Source of the DNA: Fibrobacteria bacterium
GTDB taxonomy: Bacteria > Fibrobacterota > Fibrobacteria > UBA11236
Length of the DNA: 49,051 bases
Direction of reading: 5' to 3'
Assembly: GCA_043745805.1 (NCBI GenBank)
Contig: JAYTSD010000011.1
Span: 1-49,051 of the forward strand
Shown piece by piece: positions 48,667-49,051 of this stretch. The notes below the pieces were generated by a model. It was not told the origin of the DNA and did no database searches. It worked only from the letters and a program-made list of their open reading frames with translations. Made by a program: the position numbers and the translations under genes. Each line of letters starts with the position of its first letter. Position 1 is the first letter of the stretch.

Positions 48667-48710
48667 ATACTGCACAAATGTATAGTATTTTGGCCAAAAA
48701 GGCGAGTAAA
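48667..48710 (-). promoter_or_regulatory. dnaE2 promoter with overlapping putative LexA (SOS) box
   Basis: Minus-strand TTTACT-N17-TACTAT; imperfect palindrome ATACTGCACAAATGTATAGTAT (48667-48688) covers the -10. Confidence 0.65.
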
Positions 48711-49051
48711 TTTATGGGAAAATGGCTTAAAATTGAATTTTTAGAGGGTGATGAACGGTTTTTTAAATTTTTAGGCGACATTCAAAATAAACTTCCGCCG
48801 GTCTAGTAGATAAAAAAGTAGTTCGTTTCGATAAAGAAATCCTCCATCCATTTTTTATTTCGAGGGGGTAGCGGAGGATCGCAAGACTTTAATTGGGGTA
48901 TTTCGACAGGCTCAATCACCCAATGAAAAATTCTTTGCTAAAACTATCTCATAAAAATCGTATTTGTAATCAAAATGTATGAAGACAAATTCGTAGAAAA
49001 TATTTCAATTATTTATAACCGGAATAAATTTTGTGCAAGCAAATTTGATTT

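Noticed and set aside
48790-48885. Possible c-di-GMP-I riboswitch-like pairing (CTTCCGC...GCGGAGG with GGTCTAG)
   Set aside because: Lacks the GGCAAA/GAAA-tetraloop P2 and GACGCAAA junction.
48892-48924. TTCGACAGGCTCAA, reminiscent of half of a dispersed palindromic repeat
   Set aside because: Single short copy with no complementary arm in the window; needs a genome-wide search.

Overview
A ~40% GC bacterial window, probably Fibrobacterota or another FCB-group lineage. This is inferred from an FCB-type short sigma70, T9SS-like C-terminal tails and a Fibrobacter-like LexA box. Left end: a secreted hypothetical gene bracketed by 47-bp inverted repeats with a GTAG-type REP palindrome, then htpG, an ArsC/Spx-like gene, pgl, a DsbA-like gene and a Gly-rich RRM gene. 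6-14 kb: an accessory patch with two internally deleted genes (including a 94-aa mini methionine aminopeptidase), an NmrA-like protein, a GH13 alpha-amylase, a GSDH beta-propeller and an RCC1-repeat protein. 14.7-44 kb: an apparent general-stress island. It holds three soluble histidine kinases (one with 12 HAMP units at exact 276-nt spacing), two stand-alone receivers, an isoamylase, DUF1328, triple-BON, OmpA, two lmo0937-like microproteins, hemerythrin, a sigma70 paralogue, a coupled GH-like/GT4/AlkP-EEP operon, Dps, DUF3185 and CsbD. Several of these share a TTG(C/A)NN-N16-18-TATTT promoter-like motif. Right end: a dnaE2-imuB-like cassette with a putative LexA box over its -10. No tRNA, rRNA, CRISPR array, integrase or transposase was seen. 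All family calls are from motif recognition; no searches were run.
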